In this document: piece by piece, positions 1 to 8,633 of the stretch
How the letters are laid out: every line of letters starts with the position of its first letter
Position numbering within the stretch: the first letter of the stretch is position 1
DNA from: Gemmatimonadaceae bacterium
GTDB taxonomy: Bacteria; Gemmatimonadota; Gemmatimonadetes; Gemmatimonadales; Gemmatimonadaceae
Direction: 5' to 3'
Length of the DNA: 30,750 nucleotides
Assembly (NCBI GenBank): GCA_014379705.1
Contig: JACMLI010000420.1
Span: 1-30,750, forward strand
Notes under the pieces: generated by a model
Told to the model about the DNA's origin: nothing
The model's database searches: none
The model's input: the letters and a program-made list of their open reading frames with translations, nothing else
Made by a program: the position numbers and the translations under genes

Positions 1-1140
1 ACGGTGCCCGGCGATCACGTTGCCGTGGCGCTCCGCCGGCACAAGCGCTTCGCCGACGGCCGGCTGCAGCAGGTGCTGACGCCGGGCGCGTCGCGCGTTG
101 TCGCCCCATGCGTGCACTACGACGGCGACCGGTGCGGTGGGTGCCAGCTGCAGCACATGAGCTACGAGGCGCAGCTCGAGGCCAAGCGGGACATCGTGGT
201 GCAGGCCTTTCGCCGCATCGGTCGACGCGAGGTGACCGTCGACGAAATCGTCGCATCGCCGGCGCCTTGGGCGTACCGGAACAAGCTCACGCTCACGCTG
301 CGACGCGGGCCTGCGGGATGGTACGCCGGCCTGCGCGCGTACGACAATCCGGATGCGGTGTTCGCGTTGCGCGAATGCCCGATCACGTCGGAACGGGTGC
401 TGTCGGCCTGGGGAGAAGTCATGGCGGCAAGCGACCTGTTGCCTGCGGCCGACGAACTGCGTGGGATGGTGCGCGACACCGGGGAGGGCGCCGCGTTTCA
501 CCTGTCGGGGGGCACGTCGTGGGCCGAGGCCGCGACGTTCGCATCGCGCTGCGCGAGCCTTCGCTCGATTCGATGGGAGGACCAGCGCGGTGAGGTGCGC
601 ACCCTGCGGGTCGACGCGAGCGGAGCCACCAGTGCGGCGTCCTTTGCGCAGGTGAATACGCAGCTCGCCGGCGCCTTGCACGATCGCGCGGCATCTCTGG
701 CCACCTCGCGTGATCCAGTACGCGTGATCGATGCCTACGGCGGGAGTGGCGCTCTCGCCGGACGCATGCGGGCCGCCGGGCGCGAGGTCATCCTGATCGA
801 GCTCGACGGCGACGCCACGCGCCTCGCCCGGCAGGAACTGGGCGGCGAGGTCCGCGTCGTCACGGCACGCGTCGAGGAGCGCCTGACGAGGGAACTCCCC
901 GCCGACGCCGTCGTGCTCAATCCTCCGCGCACGGGCGTCGATGCCGCGGTCTGTCACGCGCTCGAGCAGGCCACTCCACGCGCGGCCACCATCGTGTACG
1001 TGAGCTGTGATCCCGCTACGCTCGCGCGCGACGTGGCGCGCTTGCCCTCGTGGCGCGTGGCCTCACTCACGCTCTTCGACATGTTTCCACAGACCGCCCA
1101 CGTGGAAACGGTGTGCGAGCTCGTCCCGGAGGGGGCATGA
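1..1140 (+). CDS. 23S rRNA (uracil-5)-methyltransferase, RlmD/RlmC (TrmA) family; 5' end runs off the window
   Basis: Fe-S cysteines (C..CGGC..ECPI), SFAQVN, SAM-binding VIDAYGGSG, NPPR motif IV, catalytic YVSCDPATLARD, DMFPQTAHVE. The frame is open from base 1, so the GTG at 4 is probably not the true start. Confidence 0.92.
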   Translation, partial: TVPGDHVAVALRRHKRFADGRLQQVLTPGASRVVAPCVHYDGDRCGGCQLQHMSYEAQLEAKRDIVVQAFRRIGRREVTVDEIVASPAPWAYRNKLTLTLRRGPAGWYAGLRAYDNPDAVFALRECPITSERVLSAWGEVMAASDLLPAADELRGMVRDTGEGAAFHLSGGTSWAEAATFASRCASLRSIRWEDQRGEVRTLRVDASGATSAASFAQVNTQLAGALHDRAASLATSRDPVRVIDAYGGSGALAGRMRAAGREVILIELDGDATRLARQELGGEVRVVTARVEERLTRELPADAVVLNPPRTGVDAAVCHALEQATPRAATIVYVSCDPATLARDVARLPSWRVASLTLFDMFPQTAHVETVCELVPEGA

Positions 1141-1637
1141 AGTACGCAGTGGATGTGAACGGCACTCGGATCGACCTGTCCCTTGCCGAAGGCGGCGTGC
1201 AGCTGGGGGGCACGTTCGTCGCCGCGCACCTGGGCGAGCTCGAGGGGACTCCGGTCCAGCTCGTTGAGCTGGAGGGGGAAGTGCACCGCGTCGTTGTCCG
1301 CGCCGGCGACACGCGGGGGAGCTACACCCTCTGGATCGGCGGCCATCGGTACCAGGTCGAGGCGCTCGACGAGCGCACGAGGACCATTCGAGAGCTGACG
1401 GCCGGGGCCTCGAAGCAGCTCGGACCGCGTCCCCTCGTGGCGCCCATGCCGGGGCTCGTCGTCCGCATTCATGTCGAGCTTGGTGACCACGTGGAGGCGG
1501 GGCAGGGCCTGGTTGCGATGGAAGCGATGAAGATGGAGAACGAACTCCGGTCTCCCTCGGCCGGGACCGTCGTGCAGATCCATGCGCGGCTGGGACAAGC
1601 TGTCGAGAAGGGTGCCCTCCTGGTGGAGTTGGCGTAG
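1137..1637 (+). CDS. Biotin carboxyl carrier protein subunit (acyl-CoA carboxylase biotin/lipoyl-attachment protein)
   Basis: APMPG...EAMKMENE biotinylation motif and V..G..VEKGALL C-terminus. ATGA overlap with the upstream stop and GGAGGG RBS fix the start at 1137 (MKYAVDVNG), not 1050. Confidence 0.93.
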   Translation: MKYAVDVNGTRIDLSLAEGGVQLGGTFVAAHLGELEGTPVQLVELEGEVHRVVVRAGDTRGSYTLWIGGHRYQVEALDERTRTIRELTAGASKQLGPRPLVAPMPGLVVRIHVELGDHVEAGQGLVAMEAMKMENELRSPSAGTVVQIHARLGQAVEKGALLVELA

Positions 1638-1883
1638 CCCCGCGGTGGTTTCCGTGTGACGACCTGCGAGGGATGAGCCGAAAGCAAGGGGCCTTTAGGC
1701 CATCCATGCAAAAAGCTTCTCCCTTGTACAAGCAGGGCGCCCTTGTCGGGATGAGGTTCCCCTCACTACCGTAGTGCTACGGATGTGGTGTCGGCGCGTC
1801 ACGGGGGAACAACCGCTCGTGGAGTTCCTGGACGTCGCGTCCCACACCGGCACGACATTCACCCTCCACACCAGGAGCATCTG

Positions 1884-4800
1884 ATGCAACGAAACTCTCG
1901 TTTGCTCAGCATGGCCCTCGGCGTCTTCGCCACGACGATGATGAGCGCATCATCGATCGCGGCGCAGGAGTCCGCGGGAACGATCGCCGGTCGGGTCATC
2001 GACCGGGGTACCACCCAGCCAATCAGCGAAGCGCAGGTCCAGATCGCGGCGAGCGTCCGCGGGGCTCGCACCACCGAGACGGGCGAATACCGCCTCACGG
2101 GCGTTCCCGCGGGCACGTACACGCTCCGCGTGGTGCGTATCGGCTACTCGCAGGAAACGCGTTCCATCACCGTGGTCGCCGGCCAGACCGTGACCGCCGA
2201 CTTCCAGCTCTCGGCCGCCGCCGTGCAGATCGACCAGGTGGTCGTGACGGCCACCGGCGAGACGCAGCGTCGCCGCGAGTCCGGGGCCACGACCACGACG
2301 ATCGCCACGGAAAACCTCCCGCTGCCGGCGGTGAACAGCTTCTCGAACGCGCTGTCGTCGCGCGCCGCGGGCCTCACCGTGATCAACGCGGGCGGTACCA
2401 CGGGGACGAACTCGCGCATCCGCATCCGCGGGTCGAACTCGATCAACCTGTCCAACGATCCGCTGATCATCATTGACGGCGTGCTCGTGTCCAACAACTC
2501 CGACAACTTCGGCGTCGGCCTCGGTGGCCAGACGACGTCGCGGTTCGACGACATCAACAACGAGGACATTGAGAATATCGAGGTGATCAAGGGCCCGGCG
2601 GGTACGGCGCTCTACGGATCGGCAGCCGCGAACGGCGTCATCCAGATCACCACCAAGCGGGGACGTGCCGGCAAGACGCGCTGGAACACGTATGCCGAAT
2701 ACGGCAACATCAAGGACTACACCGATTATCCGTCGAACTACCTGCAGGTCGGCCGCACGCCGGCCAACGCGATCACCACCTGCAACCTGGACTCGCGCGG
2801 GCGCGGCCTCTGTACGCCGATCGCGGATTCGCTGCTGTCGTGGAACCCGATCGAGAACGTGAGTCCCCTGCGGACCGGCTGGCGCGAGCAGTACGGCCTC
2901 AATGCGTCCGGTGGGGTGAATGAAGCCACGTACTACCTGGGCGGCGAATACGAGCGCGAGCAGGGCATCTACGAACCGAATCGCCTCCGTCGCATCAACT
3001 TCCGCACGAACGTGCGGGCGCAGCTCAAGAGCAACCTCGATGCGGCGATCACCATCGGGTACACGCGCTCCAAGAGCAACCTGCCGTTCAACGACAACAC
3101 CACGTTCGGCGCGATTTCGACGGGCCTGCTCGGCAAGGCCTACGACTGCTCGCTGACCACGTTCCGGACGAACACGCGTTGCGGCGCGGACTCGCTCTCC
3201 CGTGGCTATTTCACGGCGAATGTGCAGTCGACGGACTTCTTCGCGGTGGCCAACCAGCAGGACATCTCGCGCATCGTCATCGGCGGCAACGTGAACTACC
3301 AGCCGACGTCGTGGCTCCGCGGCGTGGGACGCGCTGGTGCGGACATCATCTCGCGCTACGACCAGCAGTTGATCCCGCCGAACAAGGTGGCGTTCAGCAC
3401 GGCGTCGCTCGAGGGCTCCCGCTTCAACAACCGCACCGAGACGCCGACGTTCAGCTCCAACGGCACGATGACGGCGTCGTTCAACCTGCTCGGTGGCGCC
3501 CTGACCACGCAGACCTCGGTCGGCGCCCAGATCGTCAACGAGATCAACCGCACCACCACCGCGACCGGCGCGGTCCTGACGCCGGGCACGGGCTCGCTCA
3601 ACGGCACCTCGGCGCGCTTCGCGGTGGGTGAGGCGAATTCGCAGGTCATTACCGTCGGCGGTTACGCCGAGGAGAAGCTCGCCTGGCGCGATCGCCTGTT
3701 CCTGACAGGCTCCGTGCGTGCGGACGACAACTCCAACTTCGGCGCCAAGCTCGGGCTCATCTACTATCCGTCGGTCAGCGCCTCGTGGGTGCTCTCCGAG
3801 GAGGCATGGTTCCCGAAGGCCGACTGGCTGAGCCAGTTCCGCATTCGTTCGGCGTACGGCAAGGCGGGCAACCGCCCGGGCTTCCGCCAGGCGAACACGT
3901 TCTTCTCCCCGGTCTCGGTGCGCCTCAATGGCGCGGACCTCCCGGCCGTGACGGTCGGTGGGGCCGGCAACGCCGACCTCAACCCCGAGATCTCCGAGGA
4001 ATTGGAAGGGGGCTTCGAGCTCTCCGCGTTCTCGGGCAAGCTGGGCATGTCGGCCACGTACTTCACCAAGACCACCAACGACGCCCTCGTGAGCCGCGTG
4101 CTCGCCCCGTCGTTAGGCAACGCGAACTCGCGCTTCGTGAACTTCGCCGAGGTCCGCAACAGCGGCATCGAGGCCGACTTCACCGTCGTGCCGTTGGAGG
4201 TCCGCAACCTCCGGTATGAACTGCAGGGCACCTACACGCAGCTGCAGAACCAGCTGATGGACCTCGGCACGGGCATCTCGCCGATCATCTTCGGCTTCAA
4301 CTCGTCGCAGCGGCACACCAAGGGCTCGCCCCTGGGCGCCTTCTACCTCCGCAACTACACCTTCGCGGACAAGGACGGCAACAACACGATCACGCGCGTC
4401 AACTGCCCGACGATCGGCGGCATCGCCAACCCGCAGGTCGCGGGCGGGCCGCAATGCGAAGTCACGCTCAGCGACACGGCGGTCTACCTCGGCCAGCCGC
4501 TGCCGCCCCGCGAGATCAACCTGAACCAGACGCTGACCCTGTTCCGCAACTTCCAGGTGACGGCGCTCCTCAACCACCGCGGGGGCCACAAGCTCTTCAA
4601 CTCCACGCGGGAGTTCCGTTGCTCGCAGTTCCGCAACTGCCAGGACATCATGGACCCGAGCGCGTCGCTCGAGGACCAGGCCAAGGTCATCGGTTCGCTG
4701 ATGGGCACCGTGCGCGGTTACGTCGAGGACGCGTCGTTCACGCGCCTGCGCGAGGTCTCGGCCACGTACAACGCGCCCGTGCAGTGGGCCCAGCGGCTCG

Positions 4801-4973
4801 GTCTCTCCACCCTCGGCCTGACGTTCGCCGGGCGTAACCTGGCGATCTGGACCGATTACACGGGCTTCGACCCGGAAGTGAACTCCAACGCGACCGCGCT
4901 GTTCTCGAGCGCCGACTTCCTGGCCCAGCCGCCGGTGCGGTACTTCGTGCTGCGCCTCAACGCCAACTTCTAA
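1884..4973 (+). CDS. SusC/RagA family TonB-dependent outer membrane transporter
   Basis: AGGAG RBS at 1873-1877 before ATG 1884. Signal peptide (..SIAA|QE), carboxypeptidase-regulatory-like N-domain, plug signature NEDIENIEVIKGPAGTALYGSAAANGVIQITTKRG, C-terminal Phe (LRLNANF). Confidence 0.95.
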   Translation: MQRNSRLLSMALGVFATTMMSASSIAAQESAGTIAGRVIDRGTTQPISEAQVQIAASVRGARTTETGEYRLTGVPAGTYTLRVVRIGYSQETRSITVVAGQTVTADFQLSAAAVQIDQVVVTATGETQRRRESGATTTTIATENLPLPAVNSFSNALSSRAAGLTVINAGGTTGTNSRIRIRGSNSINLSNDPLIIIDGVLVSNNSDNFGVGLGGQTTSRFDDINNEDIENIEVIKGPAGTALYGSAAANGVIQITTKRGRAGKTRWNTYAEYGNIKDYTDYPSNYLQVGRTPANAITTCNLDSRGRGLCTPIADSLLSWNPIENVSPLRTGWREQYGLNASGGVNEATYYLGGEYEREQGIYEPNRLRRINFRTNVRAQLKSNLDAAITIGYTRSKSNLPFNDNTTFGAISTGLLGKAYDCSLTTFRTNTRCGADSLSRGYFTANVQSTDFFAVANQQDISRIVIGGNVNYQPTSWLRGVGRAGADIISRYDQQLIPPNKVAFSTASLEGSRFNNRTETPTFSSNGTMTASFNLLGGALTTQTSVGAQIVNEINRTTTATGAVLTPGTGSLNGTSARFAVGEANSQVITVGGYAEEKLAWRDRLFLTGSVRADDNSNFGAKLGLIYYPSVSASWVLSEEAWFPKADWLSQFRIRSAYGKAGNRPGFRQANTFFSPVSVRLNGADLPAVTVGGAGNADLNPEISEELEGGFELSAFSGKLGMSATYFTKTTNDALVSRVLAPSLGNANSRFVNFAEVRNSGIEADFTVVPLEVRNLRYELQGTYTQLQNQLMDLGTGISPIIFGFNSSQRHTKGSPLGAFYLRNYTFADKDGNNTITRVNCPTIGGIANPQVAGGPQCEVTLSDTAVYLGQPLPPREINLNQTLTLFRNFQVTALLNHRGGHKLFNSTREFRCSQFRNCQDIMDPSASLEDQAKVIGSLMGTVRGYVEDASFTRLREVSATYNAPVQWAQRLGLSTLGLTFAGRNLAIWTDYTGFDPEVNSNATALFSSADFLAQPPVRYFVLRLNANF

Positions 4974-4975
4974 GC

Positions 4976-6364
4976 GTGATGACTCATATGCAAACCAACT
5001 CGACCGCCGCGCCCGGCGCTCGGAGCGTGGGGAGGCGTGCCGCGACCACCGCGACGTTCCTCGCCGCGCTCGCCCTCGGCGCGTGCAGTGTGGATGAAGT
5101 GCTCGACGTGCCCGATCCGGACGTCGCCACGCCGGTCTCGGTGGCCGACAAGAGCGCGCTCCCCGTGATGCGCGCTGGTGCCATCGGCGACTTCGCCCGT
5201 GGCTTCCAGGGCGGTGGTGATGCCGAAGACGGCATCATCCAGAACGGCGGCCTGCTGGCGGATGAACTCGAGTGGGCGGAGACGTTCCCGACTCGCCGTG
5301 AGTTCGATTCGCGCAACATGCAAACGGTGAATGGCAACATCAACACGCTGATGCGTTTCGCGCAGCGCGGTCGTACGTCCGCGGCCCGCGCCGTGCGCGC
5401 GTACGACCAGTTCGATGCGGCCAATCCGGCGCGGGCAGAGATGCTCAACCTCGAGGGGACGATGATCACCCTCATCGCCGAGACATTCTGCTCGGGCACG
5501 CCGCTCTCCGAACTGAGTGACGACGGCTCGACGGTGTTCGGCGACCCACAGACCGGCACGCAGCTGTACAACACCGCGATCGCCAGCTTCGACAAGTCGC
5601 TGACCCAGGTGGGCTCAGCGGCGGGGACGGCGGCCGCCCAGCAGGCGAACTTCGCCCGTGTGGGTCGCGGCCGCGCGCTGCTCAACCTCGGTCGCTTCGC
5701 CGATGCCGCCGCCGCGGTTTCCGCGGTGCCAACGGCGTTCTCCTACGTGACCGAACACTCCGAGAACAGTGGACGCCAGAACAACGGCATCTTCGTGGTC
5801 ATGGCGGTCAACCGTCGTTTCTCGGTGGCTGACAGGGAAGGGATCAACGGCCTGCCGTTCCGCACGGAGATCGATCCTCGGACCGCGAACACGCGCGGCA
5901 CGGGAGCGGCCAACGTGGGCTTCGACGGCACGACCCCCTTGTTCCTTCCGAACAAGTACCCGAACCGTTCGGCCGGCGTTGTGGTGGCGAACGGGATCGA
6001 GGCCCGATTGATCGAGGCCGAGGCCGCGCTGCAGGCTGGCAACGCGGGCCAGTGGAAGACCATTCACGACGCGATCCGGGCAACGGTCGGCCTCTCGGCG
6101 CTCACGGACCCGGGCACCCCGGCGGCCCGCGTGGACCTGCACTTCAAGGAGCGCGCGTATTGGCTGTTCCTCACCGGCCACCGCCTGGGCGACATGCGCC
6201 GGCTGGCTCGCCAGTACCAGCGTGGGATCGAGACGGTCTTCCCGACGGGCGCTTTTCCGGCATCCAAGGGGGGCGGCGCCTATGGCGTCGACGTGAACTT
6301 CCCGGTGCCGTTCGACGAGCTGAACAACCCGAACTTCACGCAGTGCCTGGACCGGAATCCGTAG
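4976..6364 (+). CDS. SusD/RagB family outer-membrane lipoprotein
   Basis: Starts 2 bp after susC. Lipobox LALGA|C (Cys codon 5084-5086); ARLIEAEA and ERAYWLFLTGHRLGDMRR are typical SusD C-terminal motifs. The start could be 4976 (GTG), 4979 or 4988. Confidence 0.9.
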   Translation: MMTHMQTNSTAAPGARSVGRRAATTATFLAALALGACSVDEVLDVPDPDVATPVSVADKSALPVMRAGAIGDFARGFQGGGDAEDGIIQNGGLLADELEWAETFPTRREFDSRNMQTVNGNINTLMRFAQRGRTSAARAVRAYDQFDAANPARAEMLNLEGTMITLIAETFCSGTPLSELSDDGSTVFGDPQTGTQLYNTAIASFDKSLTQVGSAAGTAAAQQANFARVGRGRALLNLGRFADAAAAVSAVPTAFSYVTEHSENSGRQNNGIFVVMAVNRRFSVADREGINGLPFRTEIDPRTANTRGTGAANVGFDGTTPLFLPNKYPNRSAGVVVANGIEARLIEAEAALQAGNAGQWKTIHDAIRATVGLSALTDPGTPAARVDLHFKERAYWLFLTGHRLGDMRRLARQYQRGIETVFPTGAFPASKGGGAYGVDVNFPVPFDELNNPNFTQCLDRNP

Positions 6365-6472
6365 TGGGGGTCGGGTAGTGGGGTAGGCGGGTGGTCGGGT
6401 GGTCGCAGTAACGGCACTGGTCGCAAGCCCAGCGCTGTGCCACCCGACCACCTGACCACGCGACCACCCGAC
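6361..6472. repeat. Inverted pair of 8-bp degenerate tandem repeats (element A)
   Basis: Left arm GTAGTGGG..GTAGTGGG GTAGGCGG GTGGTCGG GTGGTCGC (6361-6406). Right arm CCGACCAC CTGACCAC GCGACCAC CCGAC (6444-6472), the reverse complement of the left units. Confidence 0.9.
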
Positions 6473-6487
6473 AGCGAAGCGCCTCGG

Positions 6488-6516
6488 TTGACACTGCTGT
6501 TCGCCCTATCTACTTT
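6488..6516 (+). promoter_or_regulatory. Sigma70-type promoter for the rplM-rpsI operon
   Basis: TTGACA (6488-6493), 17 bp spacer, TACTTT (6511-6516), 90 bp upstream of rplM. Confidence 0.8.
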
Positions 6517-6606
6517 GAGGGTCTGCCGTAAACCACGAATTCCGAGCACTTTGCGCGTTTGTCACCACGGCGGTGACCCTCGCGCCGCCATCAGGTTTTT
6601 TCCTTC

Positions 6607-7053
6607 ATGAAGACTTTCAGCGCGACCCCCGCCGACATCGATCGCCAGTGGTTCATCGTCGATGCCGATGGCATGGTGCTCGGCCGACTCGCCTCCGAGA
6701 TCGCGAAGATCCTCCGCGGCAAGCACAAGCCGATCTTCACGCCGCACATGGACACCGGTGACAACGTCATCGTCATCAACGCGTCCAAGGTGCGGGTGAC
6801 GGGAAAGAAGAGCGAGCAGAAGACGTATTTCTCGCACACCGGCTACATGGGCCACGAGCGCCTTACGCCCTACGCGTCGGTTGCCGCGAAGCACCCGGAG
6901 CGCGTGATCGAGAAGGCGGTGTTCGGCATGCTCCCCAAGTCCGCCCTCGCCCGCCAGGTGCTGCGCCTCAAGCTGCGCGTGTATGCCGGCAGCGAACATC
7001 CGCACGTGGCGCAGAAGCCCACCGCCCTGACCTTTGACATCAAGAGCGCTTAA
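6607..7053 (+). CDS. rplM: 50S ribosomal protein L13
   Basis: [42 protein letters not shown] is the L13 signature. Confidence 0.99.
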   Translation: MKTFSATPADIDRQWFIVDADGMVLGRLASEIAKILRGKHKPIFTPHMDTGDNVIVINASKVRVTGKKSEQKTYFSHTGYMGHERLTPYASVAAKHPERVIEKAVFGMLPKSALARQVLRLKLRVYAGSEHPHVAQKPTALTFDIKSA

Positions 7054-7055
7054 GC

Positions 7056-7448
7056 ATGGCTGAATCGCAGATCCGCGCCGTTGGCCGCCGCAAGGAGGCT
7101 GTCTGCCGCGTGTACATCAAGCCCGGGTCGGGCAAGTGGGACGTGAACGGTCGCACGTTAGGCGACTACTTCCCGCGCCCGTCGCTCGTCTCGTCGATCC
7201 AGCAGGCGTTCACCGCCACGGACTCGCTGGGCAAGTACGACGTCCGCGCGCGCGTCGAGGGGGGTGGCCTCACGGGGCAGGCCGGGGCGCTCCGCCTCGC
7301 CGTCGCCCGCTGCATGGTCGAGGTGGATGAGACCCATCGCCGCAAGCTGCGTGACATGGGCCTCCTCACCCGCGATGCCCGCGCCGTCGAGCGCAAGAAG
7401 CCCGGCCGCCCTGGCGCCCGCAAGCGCTTCCAGTTCTCCAAGCGCTAG
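7056..7448 (+). CDS. rpsI: 30S ribosomal protein S9
   Basis: GRRKEAVCRV, V.GGGLTGQAGA.R, LLTRDARAVERKKPG..GARKRFQFSKR. Confidence 0.99.
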   Translation: MAESQIRAVGRRKEAVCRVYIKPGSGKWDVNGRTLGDYFPRPSLVSSIQQAFTATDSLGKYDVRARVEGGGLTGQAGALRLAVARCMVEVDETHRRKLRDMGLLTRDARAVERKKPGRPGARKRFQFSKR

Positions 7449-7454
7449 CCCTTC

Positions 7455-7485
7455 CCCGGGACAGCACTGCTGTCCCGGGTTTGTT
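7455..7485 (+). terminator. Intrinsic terminator/attenuator hairpin after rpsI
   Basis: CCCGGGACAGC-ACT-GCTGTCCCGGG (perfect 11-bp stem, 7455-7479) followed by TTTGTT. Confidence 0.7.
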
Positions 7486-7492
7486 GATCTCT

Positions 7493-7524
7493 CTGCACGC
7501 CCGCACGCCTGTACGCCCGTCCGT
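7493..7524. repeat. Orphan 8-bp degenerate tandem repeat
   Basis: CTGCACGC CCGCACGC CTGTACGC CCGTCCGT. Confidence 0.7.
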
Positions 7525-7540
7525 CTGTTCTCAACTCTCA

Positions 7541-7621
7541 CGCGTCCCGAGTCGCCTCGGGTGCCGGCCCAGCCGGTCGATGGCGGCAACGACGGACGCG
7601 GTGGCCCAACCCGACAAGGAG
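7541..7621 (+). promoter_or_regulatory. Putative rpsB (S2) autoregulatory leader RNA
   Basis: CGCGTCC (7541-7547) pairs with GGACGCG (7594-7600). GGGT (7559-7562) and ACCC (7609-7612) lie just before the AAGGAG RBS, resembling the GGGU/ACCC pairing described for S2 leaders. Confidence 0.55.
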
Positions 7622-7625
7622 CATC

Positions 7626-8543
7626 ATGGCCGCACCAACCCTCGAGCAGTTGCTGGAAGCCGGCGTCCACTTCGGGCACCAGACCCGTCGCTGGAACCCG
7701 AAGATGCGCCGCTTCATTTTTGCGGAGCGCAACGGGATCCACATCATCGACCTGCAGAAGACCCTCAAGCAGATCGAGACGGCGCAGGAGTTCGTGCGCC
7801 AGACCGTCCTCCGTGGCGAAAACGTCCTCTTTGTCTGCACCAAGCGCCAGGTCTCGGCCATCGTCAAGGCCGAAGCCGATCGCGCCGGTGCGCTCCACGT
7901 CACCGAGCGCTGGCTCGGCGGCCTGCTCACCAACTTCGGCACCGTCAAGAAGCAGACGCGTCGCCTCAAGGAGCTCGAGGCGGGCTCCGAAGCTGGTGGT
8001 GAATTCGAGAACTACACCAAGAAGGAACAGCTCCTCCTCACGCGGCAGCGCGACAAGCTGGCCAAGAACCTCTCGGGCATCAAGAACATGACGCGCCTCC
8101 CGGGCCTCATGTTCGTGATCGACGCCAAGAAGGAGCGCATCGCGGTCTCCGAAGCCAACAAGCTCGGCATCCCGATCGTGGCCATCTGCGACACGAACTC
8201 CGATCCCGACCTGATCACGGTGCCGATCGCCGGCAACGACGACGCGATCCGCTCGGTCGAGCTGATCACGAAGTTCGTCGGCGAAGTCATCGCCGAGGCG
8301 CGTCGCGAGGCCCCGATCAAGGCCGTCGAGGAAGAAGCCGAGGAGAGCACGTATTCGTCCGATCGTGGGCTCGAGCCCACGGGTGATGACGAACGTCGCC
8401 GTCGCCGCCGTCCGCGTCGCCGTCGCGCCAAGCCCGAGGCGATTGCCGCACGGCTCAAGACGCCTGGTGAAGCCGGAGCCGAAGGCGTCGAGGGTGCCGA
8501 AGGGGCGGATGCCGGCGGCGACGAGGTCGCCGAAGCCGAGTAG
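7626..8543 (+). CDS. rpsB: 30S ribosomal protein S2 with a long charged C-terminal tail
   Basis: LLEAGVHFGHQTRRWNPKM..FIFAERNGIHIIDL, RWLGGLLTN, PIAGNDDAIRS; AAGGAG RBS. Confidence 0.99.
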   Translation: MAAPTLEQLLEAGVHFGHQTRRWNPKMRRFIFAERNGIHIIDLQKTLKQIETAQEFVRQTVLRGENVLFVCTKRQVSAIVKAEADRAGALHVTERWLGGLLTNFGTVKKQTRRLKELEAGSEAGGEFENYTKKEQLLLTRQRDKLAKNLSGIKNMTRLPGLMFVIDAKKERIAVSEANKLGIPIVAICDTNSDPDLITVPIAGNDDAIRSVELITKFVGEVIAEARREAPIKAVEEEAEESTYSSDRGLEPTGDDERRRRRRPRRRRAKPEAIAARLKTPGEAGAEGVEGAEGADAGGDEVAEAE

Positions 8544-8633
8544 ATGACGTTAGGCGCGGGGCCCACTGGCGGCGCCCCGCGCGGACCACGGGAGCGACGG
8601 CCCACCGGAGCCCCGTCCTGAACGCAGGACCCC

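Noticed and set aside
1638-1883. Cobalamin or other riboswitch upstream of the TonB-dependent receptor
   Set aside because: I could not find the B12-box or other conserved riboswitch elements by eye; an Rfam cmscan would be decisive.
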